64,000 nucleotides of DNA, from positions 4,399,962 to 4,463,961 of the forward strand of contig CAVNZM010000007.1 in assembly GCA_963693365.1 (NCBI GenBank). The letters run 5' to 3'. Source of the stretch: Amoebidium appalachense. Lineage: Eukaryota; Protista; Ichthyosporea. The translations under genes and the position numbers were made by a program. The notes beneath the pieces are model-generated. The model did no database searches and was not told where the DNA came from. It saw only the letters and a list, made by a program, of their open reading frames with translations. Shown here one piece after another: positions 27,390 through 44,073 of this stretch (positions are counted from its first letter, which is position 1; each line of letters begins with the position of its first letter).

Positions 27390-29202
27390 CTATGCCGTGG
27401 AGTTGAGGCAGTAGAAGGCCCAGCGGCGGCCACAGACGGTACAAGCCAGGCAGGCCTTGATGTTTGTGCCCCGGCTGATGTCACATTGCTGCACGTCCTG
27501 CTGCCCACAGTCCGGGCAGCGGTCCCAGCCCCCTCCCTGGCTGTCCTGGAACGGCTGCTGGCTGAGCCTGGCCCACATACATGGTCAGCACACACCAAGA
27601 AAGACAAAAGGTAGAGGGCATTAGTCAGCACACACCAAGAAAGAGAAAAGGTATAGGGCATTAGTCAGCACACACCAAGAAAGACAAAAGGTATAGGGCA
27701 TTAGTCAGCACACACCAAGAAAGAGAAAAGGTATAGGGCATTGGTCAGCACACACCAAGAAAGACAAAAGGTATAGGGCATTAGTCAGCACACACCAAGA
27801 AAGACAAAAGGTATAGGGCATTAGTCAGCACACACCAAGAAAGACAAAAGGTATAGGGCATTAGTCAGCACACACCAAGAAAGATCAAGGCACAGGGCCA
27901 TCGCTTGACATTGCACACGCACCTCCTGCGCTGCTTGCTGACCTGGGCCCAGAAGTGGTCTCTGTAGCAGCTGATGGGAGGGCTGGCCGGCCCAGCAAAC
28001 CCCTTGCGGTAGCACAGCCCCCGCCACAGCTGCACATGGTCCGTCAGCACCCTGCCTGCCAAGTGCTCCCCCCCCCCCCCCCCCCCCCCCCAAAAAAAAT
28101 AAAATAAAATAATAAATAAAAAAAAATGCACGCACCTGGTCGCAGGCAGCCAGGCGACTTGCATGCCTGCACGTGGCAGCAAATGCGGCCAGGTCCCTGA
28201 CCTCCAGATAGCCCAGCACGTGCAGCTGCAGCTCCAGCGGCAGATGATCCCACAGCCGCACCCCAAGCTGCTGCCCTGTGCATCCCTCTCAGTAACCCCC
28301 CCCCCCCCCCCCTCTTCCCCCCCCCCCCCCCCCCCCTCTTCCCCCCCCCCCCCCCCCTAACCCCCTCCCCCCCCCCCCCTCCCCCCCCTTGCAACTACAT
28401 GTTTCTACCTTCAGCCCTCAGCAGGCGCAGGCGGTCGGCCTCCACCCTCAGTCTTTGGCCACTCAGCACCACCAGCAGCCGTGCCGACAGGTTGTCCGTC
28501 TGCAGACCACTCAGTTTAAACACCCTGCCACCAGCAATCCCCCCCCCCCCCCCCCCCCCCCGGCCCGACCGGCCCCCTTCCCAAAAGTTGTCCTCCTTGC
28601 AGTTTGCAAAACCAGGCCCAACCACCTCTTCTGCACGCACCATTACTCGATTGCTGAACAGCCAGCATGTATGCATGACCCGGCACCCAGGCTACATCCC
28701 TATTCAGACTCGTGCGCTTTCAGCCCGTCTATATCTGAGGTGCATTCACTAATACGTCAGCCCAGATTTGGTATTAAAACATTCTAGGGCAGTATCTTTT
28801 CAGTCAAATCATACATGAATTTCAGGATTTGGGCCAAATAACATAGGAAGTGCCACGAACAGGTACCCGCCCGCCCGCCCGCCCGCCCACCCGGCACGCG
28901 TGCACACATACGCAAGCACGCATGTACTGTACAAACGTGTACACCGGCACATGCACACACCCACGCCCACACACAAACACACAGACGCGTGCGCGCGCAC
29001 ACGCACACACTTCCCTTCCTCCAACCCCCTCCCCTTCTCCCACACACCCACCCACACACACACAAGGAGGGGAACACAAGGTATATCCTAACATGCAGGA
29101 CAAACACTTGCATAACCGCTTGTACATAGACGGCACACATGAACATACATAGCGCACTTAAAATACGTAACACGGCATATTATTGCACGTATGGCGTGCA
29201 CG

Positions 29203-29270
<68 letters not shown>

Positions 29271-29402
29271 GAGAGAGAGAGAGAGACACACACACACAGA
29301 CACACACACACACCAACACACACACACACCACGATATGATATGATAGATATATATACCTATACACACACATACACACACACACACACACACCCATGATAT
29401 AG

Positions 29403-29494
<92 letters not shown>

Positions 29495-29508
29495 CACACA
29501 CACACGTG

Positions 29509-29589
<81 letters not shown>

Positions 29590-30299
29590 CAAACACAACA
29601 ACAAAAAATAAAACAAATAAAATGGAGGACAGAACTAGAAGTATAGTGCATGCACAGGCAGGCAGGCACGCACCAGCACACCCCAGCGCAGGGCATCCAG
29701 GGCTGCCAACTGTGTCTTGACGTGGGTGAACCCTGCCCGCACCCCCCCAAACGTCTTGCGCTCAGCCTGCAGCTCCCGCGCTATCTCCTGCGCCACGGCC
29801 ACACGTCGCCCGGCCGGTGCTAGCGTGCATACGGGACCTAGACACGGTGCCCTGGAGGGGGCGGCTGTGAGTGGCAGATAGCAGACTGGGGGTGGGTGGG
29901 TAAGGCTGCCACAGGCAGGTGCGGGTGTGGGTGTGGGTGGCTGGGTGCTGGTGGTCTGCGTTTGTGCCTTGTCTGCGTGTGTGTGCGTTCACGGTATGGT
30001 GCAGTGTGTGCTCTGTGCACGGGGCTTGTGTGGAGCAGGGTGTGGATGTGCAGTTGTGCAGGTGCTTCCTTGGGTGCGCTGATAGCCGTGTACGTGTTTT
30101 TCGTCCTTGCGCGTGTCTTTTGAGATCCGTCTGTGTGTACATGTGCACGTGCGTGTACGCGATATTTTTTGTGTGTGTGTGCGTGCGTGGTTACGTGGGT
30201 CGGTGCACGTGCACGGACCACCTACGCAAGCACGTCAGCCAGCTGCTGGACTGCGCGTGCACTCCACTGCGCCTGGTCGGCCGCACTGCCCCCCTGCAT
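27390..30299 (-). CDS. F-box protein with C-terminal C4 zinc ribbon, multi-exon
   Basis: [35 protein letters not shown]|LWR is an F-box. The last exon has [14 protein letters not shown]. Upstream exons (ATG 30299; about 29865-29675; about 28690-28570; about 28525-28410) splice in phase but are less certain. Confidence 0.75.
27583..27885 (-). repeat. Near-perfect 40-bp tandem repeat x about 7.5 in the last F-box intron
   Basis: Unit ttagtcagcacacaccaagaaagacaaaaggtatagggca; on the minus strand each unit carries GCTGAC. Confidence 0.95.
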
Positions 30300-31572
30300 G
30301 CTGCCCTCTGCCTTGCACTTTTTACCAAAAAGGTGTCCCACCATTTGGGCAAAGGTAACGTGCGAGCAAACCTACTCCGGCTATTTCAGTTATGTATGTG
30401 GCCAAGAGCCGGGCACCGGTGGCCTGCAGGTGACTGACTACTCAGCTACGAGAAGTCTGTGTTGGAACAGGGCTGGATCCTTGCTACTCTTGTTTAGCAC
30501 TGTAACGCCTATGTACACAAGCTATCATTGTACATAAATTACTATAAGCGAGCAACGCGGGCTCAGTTGGAATGGGCGTACTGCCGTCCCCCCTAAACAT
30601 TAAAAGAACTCCCACAATTACTAAACGGTGCCTTTTCATGAAACTTGTGACGTTTCTTAATATTAGTGTTCATTATTTTTGTTTTTTTGGTGATGAACCG
30701 TGACTTGCAGGCGCGCAGTACTAGTCACCGCAGTGTCACTGCTGTGGCTCACCGACGAGTCACTGCAAATTGCACTACGCGCAGTTGCCAAATAAGGCTA
30801 TCATCACAAGTCACCGTCGAGTCATGACTCCTTACAAGTCACTCATGAGTCACGAGTCACACTAGCCCTGCTGCCAGGCTGGGCACAGTGAGGACCGCTA
30901 TAGTGCAGCAGAGTGCACGTGTGGAAGAGACCTGCAGCATTGCTCTCGTAGTACGACGGTGCCTACAGGCTGTTGTTATTAAAACTGGGTGCAACGGCAG
31001 CAGTGACGGAGCTATAGTGACCATCACTGCCCGTGCGCCTACGGGTCTAGATCTATAAAAACGAGCGTTGCGAGTTTGCCACTGCCCTATGGTCCATGTG
31101 GCCATGGTGGCGAAGGTGTACATTTAAACTAGTATCAGCTCCTGACGGCAACACTGTGCCCAGCCACTACGGCTGAGGGGACATGGCCCTGCTGCAGGCT
31201 GAGGAGGACTGGGCTGCTATCCCCTTGGAGGGCACATAACATGACTTATATTCACATACACTGTGTTTTAACGCGTGCTTGCAATTGCAACAGTGGCAGG
31301 CCCTGCCTTGTTTGATTCATGCAGCACACGTGTGTTGTGTATCACACAGCGCACGTGTAAGAGCTATAACAGCCACACACACGTCCCTATTGGTCAAGAT
31401 AGTCCTTTGTCCACTGCGTAAAACCTACATACTGAATATATCGGCATATGTATGCTGACACACAAGCCCAACAACACAGCCCGTGTCCAGCCTACTTAGC
31501 CATTATGCTATGGTGGTGCAACCTTCATGCATGATAACCTAGTTAAGAAGTGTGTCTACCCTACCCAGCGCC

Positions 31573-32056
31573 CTACCCCGGCGCCTCGTCTTCCCCCTCG
31601 TTGCTGTATATGTGGTAGGTGGCCAGGGCCTCGCTTTGGGCCCAGTGCACGGCCTTGGCTTTGCCCTCCTCTCCCTGTGTCCAGGTCCTACCGTCAGCTG
31701 CCTGCCCTAACTGTAGCTTCTGACCTGTACGCATACACCCACTGTGCGTTTCGTCTATATATAAACACGTCATTTCGAGCAGACGAACCGTATCCCTCCC
31801 CCCTCTCCCCCAACCCCCGCCATGACACCCCCACCCCCCCCTCATCCCAACCCCACATGCACCCCCCCCCCCCTCCCCCCCCCCTCCCCCCCTCCCCCCT
31901 TCCCCTCCCGGCAAGGCCCCTCCCGCATCAAAACCTCTTGCCTCTTGCTGCCATACACAAACCTTCAAAACACGGTCACCCATGCCAAGCTAGAGTACAA
32001 AACAGATTGATGACTGCAATTTTTATCACTGTTCCCCGTCCCCCTCTCTTCCTCTT

Positions 32057-32087
<31 letters not shown>

Positions 32088-32101
32088 CTGCCCCCCCCCC
32101 C

Positions 32102-32138
<37 letters not shown>

Positions 32139-33923
32139 ACCTCTAACAGAAATAGCAAAACATAAGTACTACAGTTACACAATTTGTACCACCCTGTTCC
32201 CGTTCCCACCCTCCTGCTCACGTTCCCATTTATACCCCCACTACATTACTGCACCCATGCAACCCACTTAACGGATCCGCTAAGGGCTGCTTGAAGGCAT
32301 GAGACTGTCCCACCTAAGCAGGGACCAAGTCCAACAGTGCATACAAACTCACAGGCGCAAGGGTGCAGAAACAATTATATGTGCAGGAGCATGCCCTCAC
32401 CCCACCAACTGGCCAATCATCCGCAACCACACCTATACTTATGTCCCCGGATTACCCACACAAACCGACACCTTTCACTTTCCGACCGGCAACTCCCTTG
32501 CCTTAAAGCACATCCACAAGTATGACACCTACACCTCCACACACGTAAACCTACAGCTCCAGAACCTACAGCTACTCTCTCTCTCCCCCACACCCATGCA
32601 CACCAGTCCATCCACCCGGACACACGCCTACACAGCGTCCAGCACCCGCAAGCACACACCTGCCCCCCCCACACACCGTGCACCCCACCTGCTCCGGCAC
32701 GTGGCCCCTCCTCCGGGCCATCCTCAGCTCCCTGCTGTCCCGGGCCAGTCTCTCCTTGTATTCCCTGCAGCAACACCCCTCAGCCACCACAGCCAGTGCC
32801 CAGTTTCCATTGAACTTTCAAGAGGAGCCCCAAACCCCTTCCCCCACAGCCCCTAGTCCACCCCACACCATAGCCGATTCCCCCCTCCAACCACTTCTCG
32901 CTAGCCCCCCCTGCAGTACGTTTAAGCACACGCAACCAAAACTCCAGTCCCCACGTGAACACACAGCAAAACACAAGCAACCCCCTCCCCCTCCCCGCAC
33001 ATACAGACCCAAAAAACCCCACGGTCACTGCACAACCAGGTCTCCCATACAACCAAGCACAAGCACCCAAGAGCCTCACCTTAGCTGCTGCTCCCTTGCT
33101 CTCCGCCTCAGCAGCTTCTCTGCGGGGGTGGACTCGACTATGGGCACATCGTCGCCTTCCTCCAGGCCAGCCCCGGCCTTAGCCCCACCCCTGAGCTCCA
33201 GCCAGGCACGTGTCTTTGCACCCACCACCTGTTGCTTGCCGCCTGCCCTGGGCCTTCCCGCTGCAGCCTGCTCCGTGCCCGTGCTGGCTGGCCCAGATGC
33301 TGCGCCTGCTAGCTCCGGCCTTGGGCTGTTGCCCCGTGTGCCCTCCGGGATCTGGTTTTGTGCCTGGTCTTTTCTGCGCGGCCCAGGTGCCCGCTCTGTT
33401 TTCCTCCTTTTGGGAGAGGGTGCAGCCGTTGTCTGCAGGCTAGGCTGGCGCTTGGTTGGCGCCTGTGGCTGTGGTGTGTGCAGCTGGTCGTGCGGGCTGC
33501 CCTGCTTGCCCCTCCAGCTGTGCGTGTGTGTGCCCGTCAGCGACATAGCTGTGTCCGGCCCAAACACTGCCGGCTGGGCCAAGGGTGAGCCGCCGCCAAG
33601 GGGCACCCACGATAGCTGGGGTGGCATTTGGGTGGGCGCCGTGTGTCACGGAGCCCCTGCAACCCTATTGATGGTAGAAGGGTGGGCCACCTCAGTGAGC
33701 ACCGTGTGGAAATTTAGGCACCTGTCACTGTCGAACCGGGCTGCGGGGTTGAAACTTGCCAACTGTCGTCGCTGGTGGTTGCGACAGTGATGACGTCACG
33801 GGGTGGCGGATGCCCTGATGGCGCACTGATAACAAATTCAGGCGGCCCGACGGAGGGCCGTGCCGACGGGCGACGGCCCGGGGTGCGTGACGTCATGGCC
33901 GTGAATACTACTGTATGACACAT
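31573..33923 (-). CDS. Uncharacterised low-complexity, probably nuclear protein, multi-exon
   Basis: Long non-repetitive ORF 33627-33080 with NLS-like PKRRK, ending at a GTGAGG donor. Next exon EYKERLARDSRELRMARRR. Probable last exon KAKAVHWAQSEALATYHIY..*. The exact exon chain is not resolved. Confidence 0.5.
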
Positions 33924-33958
33924 AGGCGCTCCGATTGGTCCAGCTGACAGAGAGCCAA

Positions 33959-33987
33959 CCAATCGGAATACACAACACCATATAAGG
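33959..33987 (+). promoter_or_regulatory. CCAAT box + CArG box (CCATATAAGG) in a bidirectional intergenic region
   Basis: CCAAT 33959-63 and CC(A/T)6GG 33978-87; the same arrangement occurs at 47119-47153 and 58508-58541. Confidence 0.45.
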
Positions 33988-34312
33988 TTAGTGTAGGCCT
34001 GCTTCCTAGTGGCTCACAACATCTCCCCGTTGTGTTTATTTTCTTCGATGTCCGCAGCAATAAATAGTGCGTAAACCCCCTTTCTTCGGAACGCTGAGCC
34101 TGACTGAGATGAACTCAGTGAAGTGTTGTGGTCACAGTGGTGCTGTGGTGGTTGTCGACCGTAAAGTACACTATATATATTAGCTCCATACGCAGGCATC
34201 TTGCAAGCATCTGTCTGGCGTCCGTGCCCGAGCTCACAGTCTGCCCTGTTCTGTGTACGTGCGCACGTGTGGCCCCGCATCCCCCCCAGCAGCCCAGCTA
34301 GCCAGCAGCAAC

Positions 34313-35777
34313 ATGGTGGCCCCGCAGGTCGCCCCGGCCAAGCCGGTAAGTCGCACGGCCTGGCTCGTGTGCGCTGTGTCTGAGCCCTGTCTCCCCTCCC
34401 CCAGGCCCCCGCCCAAGAGCACCCCTCGCAGCCCACCGGCATACTTGGCCGCCTCTTCGCATGTCTCCCCTGCCTGTCGCCCTCCCCTGAGCCTAGCTCC
34501 GCTCATAGCCTTGTGCAATACCACCGGGTCAGTTTTCCTGTGCTCGGTGTGGCCGGGCTCTGTGTGTCTGCTTGCTCTTCGTGCTGTTGCGGCTTTTGCG
34601 TTTTTTGAGTCCGACAGAAGCAACCAGTGTTCGTTTTTGCACCTAGGAGCACTGGCAGGCCTGGAGGGTGTGCTTGCTGTACAGTGTTTGCACGGTTTGA
34701 AGGCTAGCATCTTGCCTGGTTTGTAGAGGAGAGTATGGTTTTGGAGGTGATGCTTGTGGGCCGGAGTGCAGGCTGGCTTACGCTCAGCATAAACCACACA
34801 GGCCTCAAATGCTGCCGACATATCTGCCCGGGCCAAGCGTGCGCTGGTGCCCGTTTTCTCGTACATGGGTATATGGCTCGTCTGCCTGTTGCCGTGTGCT
34901 TGTGCACTGCTGGGTCGGGTGGGGCTGGCTGCTAACGAGGGGCACAGAGGCCGTGTTCAAGAGCAAGGGGCCCGAGGGCTACGACCCAGTCAGCAAGCCC
35001 GACGGCTACATCTGCCTGGCTGTGGCCGAGAACGTGCTGAACTTCGACATGCTCAAGGTGGGTGGTCAAAGCACATCTTGGTGACTGCCTGGGGGCAGTA
35101 AAAGGACCTTATTCGGCCTTGCCTTTTTTTTCCCCTGTGTGTGCGGCCTGGAGCCCAGGCTGGTTGGGCCACGTGGGCTCACGCGGGTGGCTGCAGGACA
35201 AGCTGGCCAGCTGCCGGTCTATTTCCAAGGAGGTCATCACATACCCGGGTGGCAATGGGTGGGTGGCCCGTATGTGCTTTGGGTTGGCTGTGCTGACTGG
35301 CAGGTGGTGCTGGCTGGTGTTTGTGTGGGCAGAGGGGAGCAAAGAGGCGGGGAGGGGAGAGCTGCTTTTACTGAGCCACTGGGGGCAGGTTTGGGGGGTT
35401 CCCAGCCGCCTGTGCCAAGTTCATGTCACGGCACATGATCCACAGCCACACGGTCGAGCCCACCCGCCTGACACTATCGGCCGGCTGTGGGGCCGTGCTG
35501 GACAACATCTTCTGGGCGCTGTGTGACCCTGGTGACGCTGTCATCATCCCGGCCCCCTGCTACCCAGCCTTCCGCAACGACCTGGTGGTGCGCGGTGCGT
35601 GCCGGCCCAAAAATACCGCGGGGGGGGGGGGGGGGGGGGGGGGAGGAGGAGGAGGTTTCTGACTATGGCTTTTGCAGATGAGTGCCACGTTGTGTACACA
35701 AAGGTGCACCCCGAGTACCGCCTGACTGAGGACCTGCTGCAGGAGGCCTATGACAGGTGGGGGCCTGCCTGGGCCTG

Positions 35778-35811
<34 letters not shown>

Positions 35812-37593
35812 CTGAAGGGCTGACTGGGAGCTGCAGGGCACTGACGGAGGCCAAACGTGTGCGGGGGCTGCTGCTGTGCAACCCAAACAATCCCATCGGG
35901 CTCATATACACCCGCAGGTAGCTGCAGTTCCCTACCTGCCGCCCATGCCTGCTACCTGCTGCCATATCATGCCACCCGCGCACTTGGCGCACTGTTCGTG
36001 CATAACACAGCTACATGCCCTGTGCGTGCATAACACAGCCACATGCACTGTTCATGCATAACACAGCCACCATCTGCACGCTCTCACGTCGGTCACATGT
36101 GGGGATAAATGTGGCTTGCGCTGTCGTTGTGTTGGCCTGTGAATGGAGTCGTACAGTCAGATCTACCCTCCTGCCCTAAGCCCCCCACCACCACCATCAC
36201 CATCACCACCACCACCACCACCACCACCACACCCTTCTTTGACTGCATTAAACCCTCCCTTATTTAAATATCTTGAAAGGGAAGCATTTGAAACATACAG
36301 ATACACACATGTACAAAAACTGCTGGTGACATTGCTTGTGCAGTGAGCTGGAGATGGCTGCACGCTGGGCCGAGGAGAGGGATATCCACATCATCAGCGA
36401 CGAGATCTACGCACATTCGGTGGGTGGGGCACGGGGGGGGGGGGGGGGGGAGGGGGGGGGCAGGGCTGATGGGGTGTGCAGGTGTTCCAGGGCAGCCAGC
36501 AGTTCGTCAGCATGGCCGATGTGGCGGACATGGGCAGGGGCCTAGTGCACATCATCTGGGGGTTCAGCAAGGTATGTGGTGTCCAGCATGCTGCCTGCTA
36601 ATCTGGGCCAAACTCACAGGGCGCTGCAGGACTTCTGCATGAACGGGTTCCGTGTGGGGCTGCTGTACACGCAGAACAGCCAGCTGCAGGCGGCCTTGGG
36701 CAACGTCAACTACTTCTGCCTGCCCTCAAACGACACATCGGTGCGCACTGTCCCCCCCCTGTACCCATGCCCCATGCCTGCTGCCTGCCTAGGGGGCACT
36801 ATATGTGGTCATAGGGAATGTTTTCTAGTTGCTGGTGTAATGCCCAGGGTGTGTTTGCACAACCTATGGGTGGGTAGGCTGCATTAAAGGGTTGGGGGGG
36901 GCATGCGCTGGGATGGTATGAGCTGTGTTACACACTGGCCTATTTGAGCATTGACACCCTGCCACTGGTCCATGCACTAGGGCCCCCCTGCCACCGGTCC
37001 AGGTTAGGTGTGCAATCCTTGTTGTGTGGGGCAGACCCTGTGTGCTGACATGAGCCTTGGCCTTAGGCCGCACTGACAGAGATGCTGGAGGATGAGGCCT
37101 GGACGGACCAGTACCTGGCTGCTAACAACAGCCAGCTGGCAGCCAACTGGGCCCTGCTGACTGTATGGCTGGACAAGAGGGCCATCCCATACTATAAGGC
37201 AGAGGCCGCCCAGTTCTGCTGGGTGCGTGCTGTAGATGAGGGGAGGGTGGGGGGGGGGGGGGGGGGGGGGGGGGCATGGGCTGACGGTTAGGGGCAGGTG
37301 GACATGACCAAGTATCTGCCCGAGGCCAGCTTTGAGGGGGAGTCACGGCTGTTTAAGCGCATGTGGCAGGACGCTAAGGTGGTCTTCAGCCCTGGGGTGG
37401 ACTGCAACATGGACCGCCCAGGTTACTTCCGCTGCTGCTTTGTGAGTGCCCTGCCAGGGGGAGAAGGGGGGGGGGGGGGGGGGGGGTAGTATTGGTTAGC
37501 TGACTGTGTGTGTTGCTGCAGCCATCCCAGCCGGCAGCCACCCTGCAGCTGGCACTGGCAAGACTGGATGAGGTGCTGGACAGGCCATGGTAG
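34313..37593 (+). CDS. ACCS: ACC-synthase-like PLP-dependent class I/II aminotransferase, about 13 exons
   Basis: YDPVSKPDGYICLAVAEN, IIPAPCYPAF, NPNNPIG, IISDEIYA, WGFSKDFCMNGFRVG (PLP lysine) and PGYFRCCF; junctions in phase; stop at 37591-93. Confidence 0.9.
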
Positions 37594-39060
37594 CAGAGGA
37601 GGGGTGGGCACGGCTAGGTGGGGTGGACCATGGGGGCGGCCTGGCCGTGTGTTGGTCAGCTTTACTTAATTTAAGACAAATTACACATACACAATCATTC
37701 TTCCACCGAGAAGGGTAGACCAAGGCTAATCATAATGTATTGTTGCTTGCAATACACACTCTGATCATGTATTGCAAAGACACCTGACAGTTTAGTGTGT
37801 GGCCGTGCTGGTGGGCACAGAAAGCCATGCAGGCACACGGGGGGCGGTGCCCCGGGCGATATCAATGTGTAAACCAGATAAATCATGACCTGTATGTACC
37901 AGCATGACACTGTTTGGTATAAACTTAGGACTGCCACAGGGCACCCAGGAGGATGACTGGCAGTGGCCCGATCACGATGGCCTGTGTGCCTGTGCGCGTG
38001 AATGCACATAACATCACATGGACCCTTTTATTGCAGCTCTACAGCTGAGCATGAATAGCCATACACTGTGAAAAATGCCCCCCCTCCCCTCCCCCTACCC
38101 AGACACACACACACACATGTACACACGCCTTGACCTTTTTTTTATCAATCTTTGTTAGTAGGGTCGGTGGGTGGGTGCATGTGCGGATGGCCGGGGGGGG
38201 AAGGGGTGGCATTATTGGGAAATAATTTTTGACCCCAAAGCTTCGCCCCACTCTTTCCCCACTCCAACTCCGATAGTTTTGTTGGGGTCGGTGCTGGTAA
38301 GGCCTGACAGTGCAGCTCCACATTACATTTTTTGGAGGGGTTTACACGGTCTATAATTTGGGAAATTTTAACGGTGGGAGCAGAGCGCGCTGGCACTGCC
38401 CCTCGTGTGCATCATGGTCTATGTAAGATAAATCCCCCCCCCCCCCCCCCCCCCCCCCCCCGGCCCCCTCGGGCCCCCTTCCCGAGGTAACCCGCCCACC
38501 CACCTCAGAGCACCACTCACCCGCCCAAACTTAGTAAACAAAATATGGAAACAATCCAACTACGTACTTGTACGTGTATTGTACAACAACATTTATACTT
38601 AGAAAAGTTTACTACGAGCACCTTTTTGTACTTAAAAAATCATGTGGGGCTGGGGTAGATTAAAGGGGCGGGGGGGGGGGGGGGGGGGGGGGGGGGTCAA
38701 TGAATGGCCAGCCAAAAAGACCTCTCCCGCTGCCAGGAAAAAACATGCCCTGGCCGTGACAACCCCTTTCTTGCATGGCACACACACAATATCAAGGCGC
38801 TAGACACGTTATGGCCACTGACGGGCACACGGGCTGTTCATGCATGGCAGCATAATGCCTGCATATGTGCCACAGCAGCCACACCCGTGACCCTGCTGCA
38901 TGGCCATAATCAATTGCAAGGTGATCGATGGTGCAAGCGGCCTTTCGAACCCTGGCACACAACACCAAGGCCAGACTCATTAGTGACTCTGCACTGCTGC
39001 CCTTGTTATGTGCGCACCTCTGTGGCTGTGCGTGCCCCCCTGTGCTCGTCTGCTTCAGCC

Positions 39061-41942
<2,882 letters not shown>

Positions 41943-43121
41943 GGGCATGGCTGGGTGGGCAGGGTTTAGTAGGGTGGTGGGCGGGGGGGTGCAACATAGC
42001 ACATGGCATGCGTATTTGTTCTTACCTGGCTGAGGAAGGTCTTTGGTCACTATGAGGTGTGTTTTGTGGGGGCTATGTATTGCACGTATGATCCGAATGG
42101 GCGTGTATGCTAGGCGTGCTAAGCAGTGCAGGTTATCCCTGTGTGATTTTGAAAATACGATGTGCATGTACTAGCATATGTTAGCAGGTGAATGATTAGA
42201 GCTCAACGAAGGAAAGTATGGCATGAGTGTGTGCTATGTGGTAAAGATGAGTTGGGTTAAGGCCTGCATGAACGGTAGTGCATGTATGTGGTGTGGCAAT
42301 ACTTGAAGGCCATACATGTTTGACAATGAAATGACCAAATAAGTGTCTTGGCACTGCAACCAAATGTGGTACGTGCTTGATTGCCAGACTGACTTGATCA
42401 GTCAGTATTTTGGTGTGCTATAACCAGAGGGGACGGGCACACTGTTAGTGCCTCGCCACCACCAAGAAAACAGTGAATAAAGCAGGGAACAGTAAAAGTG
42501 CGGTTGGTGTGTTGGTCCATAATAGTTATGACTATGATGCATGCCGCTGTGGCACCAGTGGTGGCCGGCAGCGGGGGCTGTGTGTGTGTGTGTATGCGCG
42601 CGCACGTGTGTGCGTGCGTGCGTGTGTGCATGTACAGTGTGGTGTGTGTGTGTGTGTTTGCGTGTGTGTGTGCGCGCGCGCATTTGCGTGCGTGCATGCA
42701 TGTACAGTGTGGTGTGTGTGTGCGCGCGCGCGCGTGTGCGTGCGTGCGTGCATGTATAGTGTGGTGTGTGTGTGTTTGTGTGTGTGTGTTTGTGTGTGTT
42801 TTTTGAAGGGGGGGGCGGGAGGGGGGGGTTAGTTGGGGGGGGGGGGGGGGGGGGGGGGGGTGGGGTGCACGGACCGTGTACACGTGTTGGGCAGCAGCAC
42901 GATCATGGATCACATATGCATATGTGTACAGTTGCATGTGTGGCCTGACCAGCAGACCACTGGGCATGCACCAGGCAGCCCACCCCCTTTACACCTCTTT
43001 CGACTGTCTATTTATTCATCAGTTTCACAGTGTCCCTCCGTATTACCATATACCATGAACACACCTTCCTCTAATACTAGTCGACCCCCTCCCCCCCCCC
43101 CCCCACCCCATATACTTTGCA

Positions 43122-43185
<64 letters not shown>

Positions 43186-43323
43186 CACCCCACCACCACC
43201 ACCACCACCACTTTCCGTGACATCCCCCCCCCCCCCCCCCCCCCCTCCCCCCCCTCGCTCCCTCCTCTTCCCTCCCCACCTCCCCTCCCATCTCTGCCTC
43301 CCTACTTTGCATGAATCCCCCCC

Positions 43324-44027
43324 CTACTTCTCCAGGTGCATGACGTAGTCTGTCAGTTGCCGTAGCTGGTCCAGCCCCGTGTCGTATGCACGTGGTGACT
43401 CTGTGCCAGCGTCAGTACCCCCCCCCCCATATCAAATACATGCCGCACACACCCTATTACTTGCTCCAATACATGTCGCACACATACGCATAAGCCCTCT
43501 TACTAGCTATCAATACATGCTACACACATACACACACATAAGCACTAAACAGGTGCATAAATTTCTTTTTGTGGCAAGCGCATATACAACAAGTCCTCTC
43601 CAGCCCACAGAATCGAATCTCGTGGGTAACCCTGTTGCAGATGGAATGTGTGCTTGTGCCCCCCCCCCCCCCCCCCCACCCTCTCCCCTCCCCCCCCCCC
43701 CCCCCCCCCCCTCCCCCCTCCCCACAAAAAAAAAAAAAAAAAAAAAAAAAGAAGTTAAGGTCCAACAAAAAGCGTGTCATGCACATGGGCCGTGTGTCAT
43801 GGTATGTGTGGCGCATGTGTGTGCAATGGTTGTGTGGTGCATGTATGTGTGTGCCCTGTTTGTGTGGTGCATGTATGTGTGTGCCCTTAGTGCTGTGCAT
43901 ATGCCACCTACCCTGCTCTACTGGGTGCAGTAGGCCCGCCTGCTCGTCAATGCCCCACTGCTGCTGCCGTGCCACTGCCCCCCCAGTCAGTCCAACCCTG
44001 CAGCCCACAGGGGGGGGAGGGGGAGGG

Positions 44028-44073
<46 letters not shown>

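Noticed and set aside
33791-33895. Two CRE palindromes (TGACGTCA)
   Set aside because: They fall within the predicted first coding exon of the orphan gene; only the copy at 46012 is intergenic, which is too weak alone.
34313-37593. Ethylene biosynthesis
   Set aside because: ACS-like aminotransferases outside seed plants generally lack demonstrated ACC-synthase activity; the sequence alone does not support the function.
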